This document shows, piece after piece, positions 9,178 through 19,761 of a stretch of 64,000 nt of DNA. The stretch lies in contig OZ220744.1 in assembly GCA_965116925.1 (NCBI GenBank), forward strand, positions 6,016,001 to 6,080,000. The letters run 5' to 3'. A program made the position numbers and the translations under genes. A model generated the notes under the pieces. It was not told the DNA's origin, ran no database searches, and saw nothing but the letters and a program-made list of their open reading frames with translations. Every line of letters starts with the position of its first letter. Positions within the stretch are counted from its first letter, which is position 1. The stretch is from Candidatus Poribacteria bacterium. GTDB taxonomy: Bacteria; Poribacteria; WGA-4E; PCPOR2b.

Positions 9178-10011
9178 TTGACGATGCCCATTATGGATGC
9201 GCTGCCGGATATGAAACGAGAACTCAAATTCTTTCCGGTTGAGAATGAAAATCCCCAAAAACTGACAGCGGAACAGATTCGTCAGTTCAACGAAAAGGGT
9301 TATATCTTTCCGTTAGATGTATTTACAGAAGAAGAGATAACAGCAAACCGAGCGTATTTCGATCGGATTATGGGGATAGCAAAGGCAGCCGGTTTGAACA
9401 GCTATTCGATCAACGGTTGGCATCCCACCTGTCGGGGGATTTACGATCTGGCGTTGGACGACCGCATCCTCGATTATGTGCAGGATCTACTCGGTGAGGA
9501 CCTGATCTGCACGATGACCCACTATTTCTGTAAGGAGCCGGGCGATACGAAACAGGTCACTTGGCACCAAGACGCCTCCTACTGGCCCCTGACCCCTAGC
9601 AAGGTGGTAACAGTTTGGTTGGCAATTGATGATGCAGATGAAGAGAATAGCGCGATGAAGGTTATCCCCGGATCTCATCTAGGCGGACAGATTCCCTTTG
9701 AGCACAGCACAGCGGCGGAAAATAATGTTCTTGGTCAGTCGGTACATCAGGCAGAGGATTATGGAGAGGCACCTGTTGCTTTTGAGATGAAGGCGGGGCA
9801 GGTATCGCTACATACCGATCTGTTGCTACACGGGTCGGATCCGAATAACTCGAATCGTCGGCGTTGCGGTCTCACCCTGCGCTATTTTCCACCGGATGTG
9901 CGCGGGCGGGATCCGAGACACGGTTCAGGCATCATCTGTCGTGGAGGCGACAGCGAGGGCTATTGGCAGCACATTCCAAGACCCGAAGGCGACCAGATCC
10001 GGAGGATATAA
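9178..10011 (+). CDS. Phytanoyl-CoA dioxygenase (PhyH) family Fe(II)/2OG dioxygenase
   Basis: WHQD, VWLAID, IPGSH, LLHGS, RR motifs. Confidence 0.88.
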   Translation: MTMPIMDALPDMKRELKFFPVENENPQKLTAEQIRQFNEKGYIFPLDVFTEEEITANRAYFDRIMGIAKAAGLNSYSINGWHPTCRGIYDLALDDRILDYVQDLLGEDLICTMTHYFCKEPGDTKQVTWHQDASYWPLTPSKVVTVWLAIDDADEENSAMKVIPGSHLGGQIPFEHSTAAENNVLGQSVHQAEDYGEAPVAFEMKAGQVSLHTDLLLHGSDPNNSNRRRCGLTLRYFPPDVRGRDPRHGSGIICRGGDSEGYWQHIPRPEGDQIRRI

Positions 10012-10226
10012 GCTTCAATCAACACAGGACCGCTTCTAAAGGATGTTAGTTGTTGCTAGCTGAAATTAACCGCAGAGACGCAGAGTACACAGAGTTTTTA
10101 AGGGATAGGATTTATGTCAGATTGTAGGGAACGCAGATCTGCGTTCCCTACTCATCTTAGAAAGGAACATAGGTAGGAAGATAGGGCTTGACTAGGTCCT
10201 TGACTCAGATAAACAAGGAGAAAGAT

Positions 10227-11048
10227 ATGCCAGTTTTAAGCGCAGCAGATATAGATTTTTGGGAAGAGAACGGCTACGTTGTTGTTCACGACGCGGTGCC
10301 GCCGGAGAATTGTAAGGCAGCCGAGCGTGCCATCTGGGATTTCCTCGAAATGGATACAGACGATCCAGAGACGTGGTATCCAGACCCGCCGCGCCGCGGC
10401 ATCATGGTCGAGATTTATCAGCATCAAGCGTTATGGAATAATCGCCAATATCCTCGAATCCACCAAGCCTTTTCTGAGATTTGGGATACGGAAAAACTAT
10501 GGGTTAGCTTTGATCGCGGCAGCTTGAACCCACCCGAACGGGATGACTATAAGTTTCCGGGCCCCCACCTACATTGGGATATGTCGTTGGATATGCCGGT
10601 TCGACTCAAGGTGCAGGGGGTATTATACCTGACCGATACACCCGGCAATCAAGGAGCATTCACCTGTATACCGGGATTTCACCATAAACTGGAGGATTGG
10701 CTCAACGATCTGCCCAAAGATGCGGATCCGCGGCAGGTTATTAAGCAGAGAGGTGCCGATGCCGTGCCGGTTGCGGGGAAAGCGGGGGATCTGGTCATCT
10801 GGCACAGTGCCCTGCCACACGGGAGCAGCCCGAACAGCGGCGATCGCCCTCGAATCGTGCAGTATATCACCATGTCGCCGGCACCGGAGGACAATGAGGA
10901 AGGGCGTCAGAAACGGATCGCCGGTTGGCAAGAACGGCTGACAGGGCTGGGCAAGGAGGAGAAGAAGAAGGAACACTTCCAGGGCAAGACAGCGGAATTG
11001 ACGCCGCTCGGACGCAAACTTTTGGGACTAGATTCTTGGGAAGAGTGA
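10227..11048 (+). CDS. PhyH family Fe(II)/2OG dioxygenase
   Basis: ENGYVV, HWD, QGVLYL, PGFH, PHGS; AAGGAG RBS before ATG 10227. Confidence 0.88.
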   Translation: MPVLSAADIDFWEENGYVVVHDAVPPENCKAAERAIWDFLEMDTDDPETWYPDPPRRGIMVEIYQHQALWNNRQYPRIHQAFSEIWDTEKLWVSFDRGSLNPPERDDYKFPGPHLHWDMSLDMPVRLKVQGVLYLTDTPGNQGAFTCIPGFHHKLEDWLNDLPKDADPRQVIKQRGADAVPVAGKAGDLVIWHSALPHGSSPNSGDRPRIVQYITMSPAPEDNEEGRQKRIAGWQERLTGLGKEEKKKEHFQGKTAELTPLGRKLLGLDSWEE

Positions 11049-11183
11049 AAGTACGTATATTGGTTCATTAGTTCATTAATAAACCATGAGCCAATCATTT
11101 TTCACGTTTCACGCATCACGTTTCACTTGTAAACCAGCACCATTAGTTATCCTACTGCAAATCATAATTTATGGAGGCTTATA

Positions 11184-12224
11184 ATGTATAAATGTGCATT
11201 TCTGGGTTGTGGTGGACGGGCGCGTGGTCATGCACACGCCTATCAACATATCGAGCGCGGTGAAATTGTCGCACTGTGTGATATGAACGAGGAGTTGTTG
11301 AATAGTTTCGGTGATGAATTTGGGGTCGAGAAACGGTACACGGACATCCATGAAATGCTGGATAGGGAACGTCCCGACCTGCTGCATATCGTGACTGCGC
11401 CGGTGCTGCGGGGATCGAACGAGTTGATCCGCTACCCGCTGATGAATATCGCATCGGAACACGAAGTGCCTGCCGCGATTGTCGAAAAGCCGATTGCGGT
11501 GATGGGGGAGGATTGGCGTCAACTGAGCGAATTATGCAAGAATACCAAGACCAAATTTGCGGTGAACACGCAGCTTAACTTCCATCCGCCAAATCTGAAA
11601 CTAAAGGCTGATGTCGCCGCTGGGGCAATTGGAGACCTCGATTTTATTGATGCCAGTGCGCGTTCAACGCCGATTGATCAGGGGCCCCATGTGCTGCAAC
11701 TGGTCTCCTCGTACATCGACAATTCGCGTCCGGTCAAAGTTTTCGGTCAAGTTGCAGGGGGCGAGCATCTGGATTCTGCTCAACCATCGCCCGACCATGC
11801 GACAGCGTCGGTCACGTATGCCAACGGGGTTCGGGCGTTGGTCACATTTGGCACAAAAGGCTCGCCCGAAATCAGCGATCATGAATCGGTGTTCCAGCAC
11901 AAACGGGTCCGCGTCTTTGGGAAGCGTGGGTTTGTCCATTGGTGGATGTACGGATGGGAGCGCAACACACCGATGGACGGCTATAGTCGTGGGGAACACG
12001 AGTACGGTGAACAGGATGTCTTGGGGCAGGCGGGTCTCACCGAAGCGATGTTTGATTGGCTTGACGATGACGAAAAGGTGCATCCCACCCACTTGGAACA
12101 GTCGCTTGCAGAGTTTAATACGATTTTGGGTATCTATCACAGTGCATTGACGCACGAGCCTGTTGAACTTCCGTTTGACCCGCCCGATGGGTTGATTGAG
12201 TCTCTCAAAACGTTGTTACTGTAA
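11184..12224 (+). CDS. Gfo/Idh/MocA family oxidoreductase
   Basis: GCGGRA Rossmann motif, VEKP motif. Confidence 0.85.
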   Translation: MYKCAFLGCGGRARGHAHAYQHIERGEIVALCDMNEELLNSFGDEFGVEKRYTDIHEMLDRERPDLLHIVTAPVLRGSNELIRYPLMNIASEHEVPAAIVEKPIAVMGEDWRQLSELCKNTKTKFAVNTQLNFHPPNLKLKADVAAGAIGDLDFIDASARSTPIDQGPHVLQLVSSYIDNSRPVKVFGQVAGGEHLDSAQPSPDHATASVTYANGVRALVTFGTKGSPEISDHESVFQHKRVRVFGKRGFVHWWMYGWERNTPMDGYSRGEHEYGEQDVLGQAGLTEAMFDWLDDDEKVHPTHLEQSLAEFNTILGIYHSALTHEPVELPFDPPDGLIESLKTLLL

Positions 12225-12284
12225 AGTCAACTACTTCCCTTGGACAGTAGGGGTAGGTCTTGTACCTACCCGTAGGTAATGATT

Positions 12285-12384
12285 TAGGACTTGTACAGTT
12301 GGTTCATAAGTCCCCCTGATAAGGGGGATTTAGGGGGTTAAAAATAGAAAATCTCGCGCCGCGTGTTAAATTTGCGTAAGTCCT
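12285..12384. mobile_element. MITE-like element, family B (TAGGACTT...GTAAGTCCT ends)
   Basis: Imperfect terminal inverted repeats; internal CATAAGTCCCCCTGATAAGGGGGATTTAGGGGGTTAAAAAT recurs at ~28536-28575. Confidence 0.55.
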
Positions 12385-12461
12385 GTGATTGTAAGAGGTT
12401 TGTCGTAGGGAATAACGGTCGTTATTCCCTACAGATTTTTGCCTTGAAGGCATAAAGCATA

Positions 12462-12674
12462 ATGACACTTGAATATCCATTTATTACAATCGTATTGCCA
12501 GAGGCAGAAGGCGGCGGATATTTGATTGAATATCCTGATTTACCGGGTTGTATGTCCGATGGAGAGACAATCCAAGAGGCGATAGAGAACGGCAGGGATG
12601 CGGTACGATGTTGGATAGAGACAGCAAGGGTACATGGGGATGAAATTCCCGCACTAGGATCATCAAGTACATGA
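12462..12674 (+). CDS. HicB-like antitoxin domain, solo and short
   Basis: EGGGYLIEYPDLPGCMSDGETIQEAIEN signature; no HicA next to it. Confidence 0.8.
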   Translation: MTLEYPFITIVLPEAEGGGYLIEYPDLPGCMSDGETIQEAIENGRDAVRCWIETARVHGDEIPALGSSST

Positions 12675-12814
12675 GGGGTGTTCATAATTATTGCCCCGAT
12701 AAAATCGGGATTCACATCAATCTGAATCCGGTGCCTGCATCCCAATTTTATCGGGGAGATTCTAGATTGAAGAATTTGTAGAGTTGTCAAGCGTGAAACA
12801 TGAAACAGGCATTT

Positions 12815-12886
12815 AGCCCCAGAGGGGCGACATGTTTATAGCCGGACGATAAGACCCTTCTACCAAGCCCCAAAGGGGCGACATGT
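12815..12886. repeat. Two AGCCCCAGAGGGGCGACATGT-type units
   Basis: Direct repeats at 12815 and 12866; third copy at 62491. Confidence 0.7.
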
Positions 12887-13105
12887 GCCATTTGTCTGAA
12901 TCTGATTAAACCGATAGTGCGGATTGCACGGATTATTGGCTAAATCACAGCGAAGCCGCATTCGAGCGTGTGTGCATTGACCTGCTCCTGACGCACCGAC
13001 GTATGGAAAGGTATTTATGAGCACCCCTCAAGTAAATTATCACTTGCTATTGTTGCGAATTTGTGTATAAGCTGAAACTGTATTAACAGAAATAGGAGGT
13101 TTGGA

Positions 13106-13933
13106 ATGGCGTATAGTAACGTTCCTATTGGAACATCTAACCCCGGTTGCATTGTCATCTTGATTGATCAATCTTGGTCAATGAGCGAAGATTGGGGAAC
13201 CGGAACGAAGTCAGAGCGAGCGTCCCTTGCTGTCAATCGTATCCTTGAGGAACTCGTTATCGCTGGTCGAGCCGGAGATACGATAAAAGATCGGTGTCAC
13301 GTCTCTGTTATTGGCTACGGTGAACGAGTGGAGCCAATCGTTGACGGTATGATATCAGAGGTTGCCTCATCAGTCATTGAATTCAAGAAAATTAAAAAGT
13401 CTATCCCTGACGGGGCGGGTGGGATTGTTGAGGTTGAGGTAGAAATGCCCGTCTGGGTGCAGCCAACGGCGAACAATGGCACCCCAATGCACGAGGCGTT
13501 TGAACGCGCTGCCGAAATTGTGCAACGCTGGTGCGACGATAGACCTGATGGTTTTCCACCAACTGTTATCAACATCACAGATGGTGCCGCCACTCAGCCT
13601 GATTTGACAATAGCTGCTGCAAGAAAAGTCATGAATCTCCGCACGACAGATGGCAACGTTCTGGTCTTCAACATTCACATTGCTTACAATACACACAAAG
13701 TTATTTTCCCAAACAGCACTGACCAATTGGTGAGTGATACCTTGGCAGAATTTCTCTTCAGTCTATCTAGTGTTTTACCAGAACCTTTGCGCGAAATGGC
13801 AAAAGAAGTGGGACTTCCGGCGGATTCCGATGCTCGATGTTTTAGTTATAATGCGGATGAAGTAACGATGATTAAGATCTTGGAGTTTGGTTCTTTGGGT
13901 GTAACAGGGGGAATACTTCCAGTTTCTGTTTGA
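13106..13933 (+). CDS. TerY-like vWA domain protein
   Basis: MIDAS DQSWS, NGTPM, ITDGA; AGGAGG RBS. Confidence 0.85.
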   Translation: MAYSNVPIGTSNPGCIVILIDQSWSMSEDWGTGTKSERASLAVNRILEELVIAGRAGDTIKDRCHVSVIGYGERVEPIVDGMISEVASSVIEFKKIKKSIPDGAGGIVEVEVEMPVWVQPTANNGTPMHEAFERAAEIVQRWCDDRPDGFPPTVINITDGAATQPDLTIAAARKVMNLRTTDGNVLVFNIHIAYNTHKVIFPNSTDQLVSDTLAEFLFSLSSVLPEPLREMAKEVGLPADSDARCFSYNADEVTMIKILEFGSLGVTGGILPVSV

Positions 13934-13937
13934 AGAT

Positions 13938-14846
13938 ATGATTAGATTAACAGCGAGCTCCTTCATTATCCATAAAAAAGCGGAAAGCCCAGATGATTGT
14001 CAGGACGCATGTGCCCAAAATGATGAGAAAGGATGCTATGCCATCGCAGATGGCGCGACTCGCTCCTTTTTTCCAAAGGAGTGGGCAACCCTACTGGTAG
14101 AGCACTTCTGCGAAAGTGCCGATTTGTCTTCAGCGAAAACAGATTGGCGAGACTGGATAGTTCCCATCCAACAAAAATGGTATGATCAGATAGAAGAAAA
14201 GGTAAACGAACGAAACCTGTTCTATCTTACAAATTCGTTCAACGCTCAAGAATCCGCCGTTTCTACTTTTATTGGCATCGAATTCAGTAAAGATAGCGAT
14301 GCGTGGGAGGCTATGATTGTAGGTGATAGTTGTCTCTTTCATAAGAGCGATTCTGAGTTTAAAAGCTACCTGATAGAGAATTCAGCGGACTTTACAAGTC
14401 GTCCCGAAGTTTTCGGTAGTTTTAACAAGGACAACCACTTTGAGCCGAAATTTATCGGCGGTGACACCAAACCCGGCGATACGTTTATTTTGGCAACGGA
14501 TGCGTTAGCGAAATGGATTCTTGAACATAAGGAAATTGAGAAATTAGATGCAGCACTTGATAGACTCAAAGCGGTGAAGACGAAAGAACAATTCTACCAA
14601 TTTGTCCATGAAGCGCGTCATGACGATGTCACCCGCCTTATTAATGACGACGTAACGCTCATGATAATTTCGGTTGAAAAGGCTCAAGAACAGTTGAATG
14701 ATCAAGAGACTGAACAACGTCCATCAGTTGAAGATACCGATCCCCCACTGAATTTGTTGCCAATTCTTTTGTTGACAATGGTTACGGTGTTCTTTGGATT
14801 TGCTGCCTTTTGCTATATATTACTCTATTTTTTTTATCGGGACTAG
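13938..14846 (+). CDS. PP2C-family phosphatase with C-terminal TM helix
   Basis: CQDA, IADGAT, GDS, LATDAL, NDDVT; hydrophobic C-terminus LLPILLLTMVTVFFGFAAFCYILLYFF. Confidence 0.82.
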   Translation: MIRLTASSFIIHKKAESPDDCQDACAQNDEKGCYAIADGATRSFFPKEWATLLVEHFCESADLSSAKTDWRDWIVPIQQKWYDQIEEKVNERNLFYLTNSFNAQESAVSTFIGIEFSKDSDAWEAMIVGDSCLFHKSDSEFKSYLIENSADFTSRPEVFGSFNKDNHFEPKFIGGDTKPGDTFILATDALAKWILEHKEIEKLDAALDRLKAVKTKEQFYQFVHEARHDDVTRLINDDVTLMIISVEKAQEQLNDQETEQRPSVEDTDPPLNLLPILLLTMVTVFFGFAAFCYILLYFFYRD

Positions 14847-14873
14847 CAGAGTACCTAACTTGGAGAGCGAATC

Positions 14874-17195
14874 ATGCTTTGGCCAAGCCGGATTGATTAT
14901 ACACAGGCAGTCGGTGGTTATCCTCATGTCAGCATGTTAGATTCAACACTTAAAGGCGGGAATCCCCGGAGAGGGTCTAACAACTATTTGATAGTTTACT
15001 CCGGCGGCTTTTCGACTGTGTTTCCGATTGAGGTATTATCGAATACCTATGCGCTGCGGTGTTGGATTGCAGATATTGGGGATGCCGAAACTCGGTATAA
15101 AGAGATATCAGACTATCTAAGGCAATGCCGTTTGCCCTACTTTGTTGATTTCGCTTATGTTTCCGAAGGCATTCTGGTGAATGGTATCAGATATCCCATC
15201 ACGCGCATGGAATGGGCAGAGGGGGAAACGCTTTGTGATTTTATTGAGCATAATTTGCAGGATGCTAGGTGCTTGAAAACCGCTGCGACGGAATTCCAAA
15301 AGATGGTTGCAGCCCTCCATACTCACCAAATTTCACATGGAGATCTTCAAGATGGAAATATCTTACTTAAGCGAAACGGCCCTGATATCGAAATCAAGTT
15401 GATAGACTACGATAGTTTGTTCGTTCCGGCGCTTCGTGGACAACCTGATAACATTGTCGGACTTCAAGAATATCAACATCCCCAAAGAATAGCAGGCGGT
15501 GGACAAGCGAGCGAGAAGGTAGACTATTTTTCGGAGTTGGTGATTTATCTTTCCTTACTGAGCCTCGTGGAAAGGCCTGATCTCTGGAGTCAGTTTGGAG
15601 ATCGAACCGAAAAAGGGTTGCTATTCACAGTCGAGGATTTCAAAAATCCAGACCAATCCGACGTTCTCCGAGAACTTGAAAATCTGTCGTCGGCTGTGAA
15701 GCAACTGGCTTCAAAATTAAAAGAATTTTGCAAGCGATCGGTTGACCAATTAGAACCTCTAGAATCGGTATTGCCAAAAACCTCGCCTGCTCAAGTTGCC
15801 TACAATCAAGGAATCGTCTATCTTAATAATAACCAATATAATGAAGCGGTTGTCGAGTTTGAAAAGGCGATAAGTCTTAACCCAAATTATAAAGAGGCGC
15901 ACTATGGGATCGGTCTTGCACACTTTAAGATGGGCAATTCTGGAGAGGCAAAAAGGGCGGTGGAAGAGGCTTTAAGGATTAACTCTCAGTATCAACATGC
16001 TATTCAACTTTTAGGCATTATAGAATCATCTACTTTTGGGACTCCAGTATCACCGTCTACGGGAACATCAGGACAAACTTCTAGAAGTCCAACTTCTCAG
16101 TCCTCTCCGTTGACTGGAGCATCGAGCCCGGGTGGCACCTCAAAACCTCAAAGTTTTACCTCAAATCTCTGGCAGTATACTACTGGTGTTGTAGCTTTTA
16201 TTCTACTGATTTGTATTGGGGCACTTGCAATACAGATTAGAGAAAAAAATGAATATCTCAGTAGCATTGAGATATTGGAAAATGAACAGACCGAGACAAA
16301 CTTGAGACTCATTGCTGCCTCAGACGAAAAAAGGCGGCTTTCCTTTGAAAATCGGCGATTACATAATCAACTGACTGAAAAGGATAAGGAAATTAAAAAT
16401 CAAAGTTCTACAGTCCAGCAACTACAAAGCGAAAAAGAAGAACTTCGCAGCCAAAACCAAGAACTGCGCAATGAGAACACAATGCTACAAAACCAATCGG
16501 AACGTGGTACTACGACTTCTACAGTTCGGGCACTTTCAAATGAAAAGGCGGAGCTTCTCCGTGAAAATCAGAGATTACAGACTCAACTAACTCAACAGGA
16601 GAAGGAAACTAAGGTTCAGATTGCTATAGTCCAGCAACTACAAAGCGAAAAAGAAGAACTTCTTAGCCAAAAACGAAAGTTGCAGAACGAGAATGTAAGG
16701 TTACGGGGGCAATCGGACAAACAGCATTCACCTCTTGATCCTCTCCTTATAGATGACAACAGAGATCACGAGCAGTTCCGTGCGGCCTCTCTCCAAAAGA
16801 TTTATCATAACAGTACTCCCCGAGTAAGATCGGCTGCGATTTCTAAAAATAATCAAGGATACACTGCCTTTGATAGGGGGCAGCACAGCAAAGCAATTGC
16901 TCTGTTCCAAGACGCCAAGGAGAGTGATTTGACAGCTTCAGTAGTCCGCTACAACCTTGGTTCCACTTACTTAGTGATGGAAGAGTATATCAAGGCCAGA
17001 AATTATCTTCAAGAGGCAGTAATTCTTAATCCCAATTTTAAAGAAGCGCACTATAACCTTGCTCTCACTCAGCTTAGGAGAGGTTACCCTCAAGAGACAA
17101 AGAAAGCAGCTCAAGCAGCCTTAAACATTGATAAAAATTATAGACCTGCTGGCCAACTTTTAGACTATATAAATAGGTTGATTGGGGCTGAATAG
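14874..17195 (+). CDS. Ser/Thr kinase-like protein with TPRs, TM helix, coiled coil and C-terminal TPRs
   Basis: SGGFSTV, MEW, HGDLQDGN, IDYD, YQHP; TPR repeats (AYNQG...NPNYKEAHY); TM TGVVAFILLICIGALAI. Confidence 0.82.
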   Translation: MLWPSRIDYTQAVGGYPHVSMLDSTLKGGNPRRGSNNYLIVYSGGFSTVFPIEVLSNTYALRCWIADIGDAETRYKEISDYLRQCRLPYFVDFAYVSEGILVNGIRYPITRMEWAEGETLCDFIEHNLQDARCLKTAATEFQKMVAALHTHQISHGDLQDGNILLKRNGPDIEIKLIDYDSLFVPALRGQPDNIVGLQEYQHPQRIAGGGQASEKVDYFSELVIYLSLLSLVERPDLWSQFGDRTEKGLLFTVEDFKNPDQSDVLRELENLSSAVKQLASKLKEFCKRSVDQLEPLESVLPKTSPAQVAYNQGIVYLNNNQYNEAVVEFEKAISLNPNYKEAHYGIGLAHFKMGNSGEAKRAVEEALRINSQYQHAIQLLGIIESSTFGTPVSPSTGTSGQTSRSPTSQSSPLTGASSPGGTSKPQSFTSNLWQYTTGVVAFILLICIGALAIQIREKNEYLSSIEILENEQTETNLRLIAASDEKRRLSFENRRLHNQLTEKDKEIKNQSSTVQQLQSEKEELRSQNQELRNENTMLQNQSERGTTTSTVRALSNEKAELLRENQRLQTQLTQQEKETKVQIAIVQQLQSEKEELLSQKRKLQNENVRLRGQSDKQHSPLDPLLIDDNRDHEQFRAASLQKIYHNSTPRVRSAAISKNNQGYTAFDRGQHSKAIALFQDAKESDLTASVVRYNLGSTYLVMEEYIKARNYLQEAVILNPNFKEAHYNLALTQLRRGYPQETKKAAQAALNIDKNYRPAGQLLDYINRLIGAE

Positions 17196-17275
17196 CTGAT
17201 TTAGAAAAGGGACTCATTACTTGTTTCTTGTTGAGTTGTGTATACAGTATCATATCTTAATTACGGAGGTATTAA

Positions 17276-18316
17276 ATGGCAGAAAAAACATGTCTAATGA
17301 TTGGCGGCAGCGGCATGGCAGGCGGCTGGATCCGAAACTTTGTCGATAACTTCAGCGATCGGATAAAAATTATTGGATTGGCAGATGTACTGCCGGACGT
17401 ATTACAGGAGCAAGGCGCAGCACTCGGTCTCAGCGAGGATCAGTTGTTCACGGACTTTAACGAGGCATGTGCGACGGTCAAGGCAGACTTCTGCGGCGTT
17501 GCGACACCCCCACCATTCCACAGTCCCGCAGCGATCGCTGCGATGGAGAACGGGATGCCGGTGATCTGCGAAAAGCCGATCGCGGACACGCTCGAAGCGG
17601 CGAAGGCGATGGTGACGACTGCCCAGAAAACCGGGATGCCGTGTGCGATTATCCAGAATTACCGTTATGCACGGAACAAGCAGGAGTTGGTTCGCATTCG
17701 GGAAGAGGGGCGGTTGGGACGGCTTCAGCATATCGTGGGACGATACGCCTGTGACTATCGCCGCTATCAATCGTGGGGTAAGGCGTGGCGGCACGATATG
17801 GATTTCAGTCTACTTTTTGAGGGCTCTGTCCACCACCTCGACATGCTACGCTTCCTCTCCGGCGGCGACTGTGAGACGCTAGTCGGGTTCGGTTGGAATC
17901 CGGAGTGGTCCAGTTTTAAGCACTTTTCGAGTGGGCTGTACCTGATGCAGATGGACAACGGAGTGCATACCTGTTACGAGGGGAATAGCTCTGCTGCGGG
18001 CATCGTCAACTGTTGGCATAATGAACATTATCGCGCGGAGTTTGAGGAGGGGTGTGTCGAAATTGAGGGCGAAGCTCAGGTTACGATTCATCGGGTCGGT
18101 CAGGATCCGGAGATATACGAAGCACCGGAGATACCCCGCTTCGGTCATGAGCATCTGTTCGACGAATTTATCAACTGGATTGATGGCGGAGTGCCTTCTG
18201 CGACGCGAATTGAGGATAACATCAAAAGTTTCGCGCTAGTGATTGCGGCGATGGAGACAAGCGTTGACGGACAATCGAAACAGATTGCAGATTATTTGAA
18301 CGGACTGAATCTTTAG
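17276..18316 (+). CDS. Gfo/Idh/MocA family oxidoreductase
   Basis: GGSGMA, CEKP, QNYRY, HHLD. Confidence 0.87.
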   Translation: MAEKTCLMIGGSGMAGGWIRNFVDNFSDRIKIIGLADVLPDVLQEQGAALGLSEDQLFTDFNEACATVKADFCGVATPPPFHSPAAIAAMENGMPVICEKPIADTLEAAKAMVTTAQKTGMPCAIIQNYRYARNKQELVRIREEGRLGRLQHIVGRYACDYRRYQSWGKAWRHDMDFSLLFEGSVHHLDMLRFLSGGDCETLVGFGWNPEWSSFKHFSSGLYLMQMDNGVHTCYEGNSSAAGIVNCWHNEHYRAEFEEGCVEIEGEAQVTIHRVGQDPEIYEAPEIPRFGHEHLFDEFINWIDGGVPSATRIEDNIKSFALVIAAMETSVDGQSKQIADYLNGLNL

Positions 18317-18526
18317 TCCTTGAGGTATCGGGATCTACCTTCCCTACATTTACCTAATGAATCTCAAACAGTCTTCAAATCAGTCAGGTGTTGAGGCATA
18401 TCCTGTAAATCCTTAAATCCTGAAAATCCTGATTCAGACAATAATCCGCGCAATCTGCGTAATCCGTTTAATCCGCGATTCAGACAATAATTATGAGCAC
18501 CTCTAAAATGGCTAAGGAGAACGAAA

Positions 18527-19729
18527 ATGGCAAATTTAGCAATCAACGGCGGCACACCGGTTCGGACGGAACCGTATCCGTCGTGGCCCAACTTTGATGA
18601 TAATGATCTCAAAACCTTTGAGGAGATCTATCGGAGCGGGGTATGGGGCACCAATGGGTCAAAGGTTCCTGAGTTTGAGGAGCGTTTCGCTCAATTTCAA
18701 GGCACGAAGTATGGTGTCTGCGTGAATAGCGGCACGGCGGCGCTATACGTCGCGCTCAAGGCTGCGGGCGTCGGGCTTGGGGACGAGGTTATCACAACGC
18801 CGTACACCTTCCAAGCGACGGTGGTATCGATTCTGATGGCGAATGGAACGCCGGTGTTTGTGGATACGCTTCCCGACGGTTTTAACATTGACCCATCAAA
18901 AATCGAAGCAGCGATCACACCTAAGACAAAGGTTGTCCTGCCGGTTCATATTGCAGGCTATCCTGCCGATATGGATGGGATTTTAGAAGTTACCGAGCGG
19001 AACAACCTCGTCGTGGTTGAGGATTGTGCCCAAGCACACGGCGCGGAGTGGCGGAACAGAGGGGTCGGCGGTTGGGGGCATCTCGGTTGCTTTAGCTTTC
19101 AATCTTCCAAGAATTTATGTGCGGGCGAAGGGGGTATAGTTCTCACCAACGATCGGAAACTGTATGAACGGGCATGGTCAATTCATAACTGTGGTCGCTC
19201 TCCATCTGAATCTGAATTTGAGACGGAAACGTTCGGCGGAAACTTCCGGCTGACGGAGTGGCAGGGCGGATTGCTGCTATCACGTCTTGGACGCTTGGAT
19301 GGCGAGGTCAACCTTCGCAATGCGAATATGCAATTTTTAGATGCCGGGTTGGGAGAAATCCCCGGCATCAAGGTGGTGCCGCTCGATTCACGCGCAACCC
19401 GCGGCGGCTGTCACGGCTATAAAGCGATTTTCGACCCAGAGGAGTTTGAGGGCATCTCTCGCGAAACGTTCATCAAGGCGATGGGCGCGGAGGGGGTTCC
19501 AATGCGACATTGGTACACGACACCGATGTATCGAGAACCGTTTATGGAATCGGATCTCCTGAGTACGAAGCCAGACTATTCAAACGTCTCCTGTCCAGAG
19601 ACGGAAAAGTTATGCAAAAACGGTCTGGCACTCAGCCAGAGTATTCTGATGGGGACTGAGGAAGATATGGCGGACATCGTCACGGCGGCAACAAAGATCC
19701 GTCGGTATGTAGGCGAATTGAAGTCGTGA
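18527..19729 (+). CDS. DegT/DnrJ/EryC1/StrS PLP-dependent aminotransferase
   Basis: NSGTAAL, PVHIAG, EDCAQAHG, FSFQSSKNL, GEGG. Confidence 0.92.
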   Translation: MANLAINGGTPVRTEPYPSWPNFDDNDLKTFEEIYRSGVWGTNGSKVPEFEERFAQFQGTKYGVCVNSGTAALYVALKAAGVGLGDEVITTPYTFQATVVSILMANGTPVFVDTLPDGFNIDPSKIEAAITPKTKVVLPVHIAGYPADMDGILEVTERNNLVVVEDCAQAHGAEWRNRGVGGWGHLGCFSFQSSKNLCAGEGGIVLTNDRKLYERAWSIHNCGRSPSESEFETETFGGNFRLTEWQGGLLLSRLGRLDGEVNLRNANMQFLDAGLGEIPGIKVVPLDSRATRGGCHGYKAIFDPEEFEGISRETFIKAMGAEGVPMRHWYTTPMYREPFMESDLLSTKPDYSNVSCPETEKLCKNGLALSQSILMGTEEDMADIVTAATKIRRYVGELKS

Positions 19730-19761
19730 ATCCATACGATTAACGGATATCGAGATAGGCA

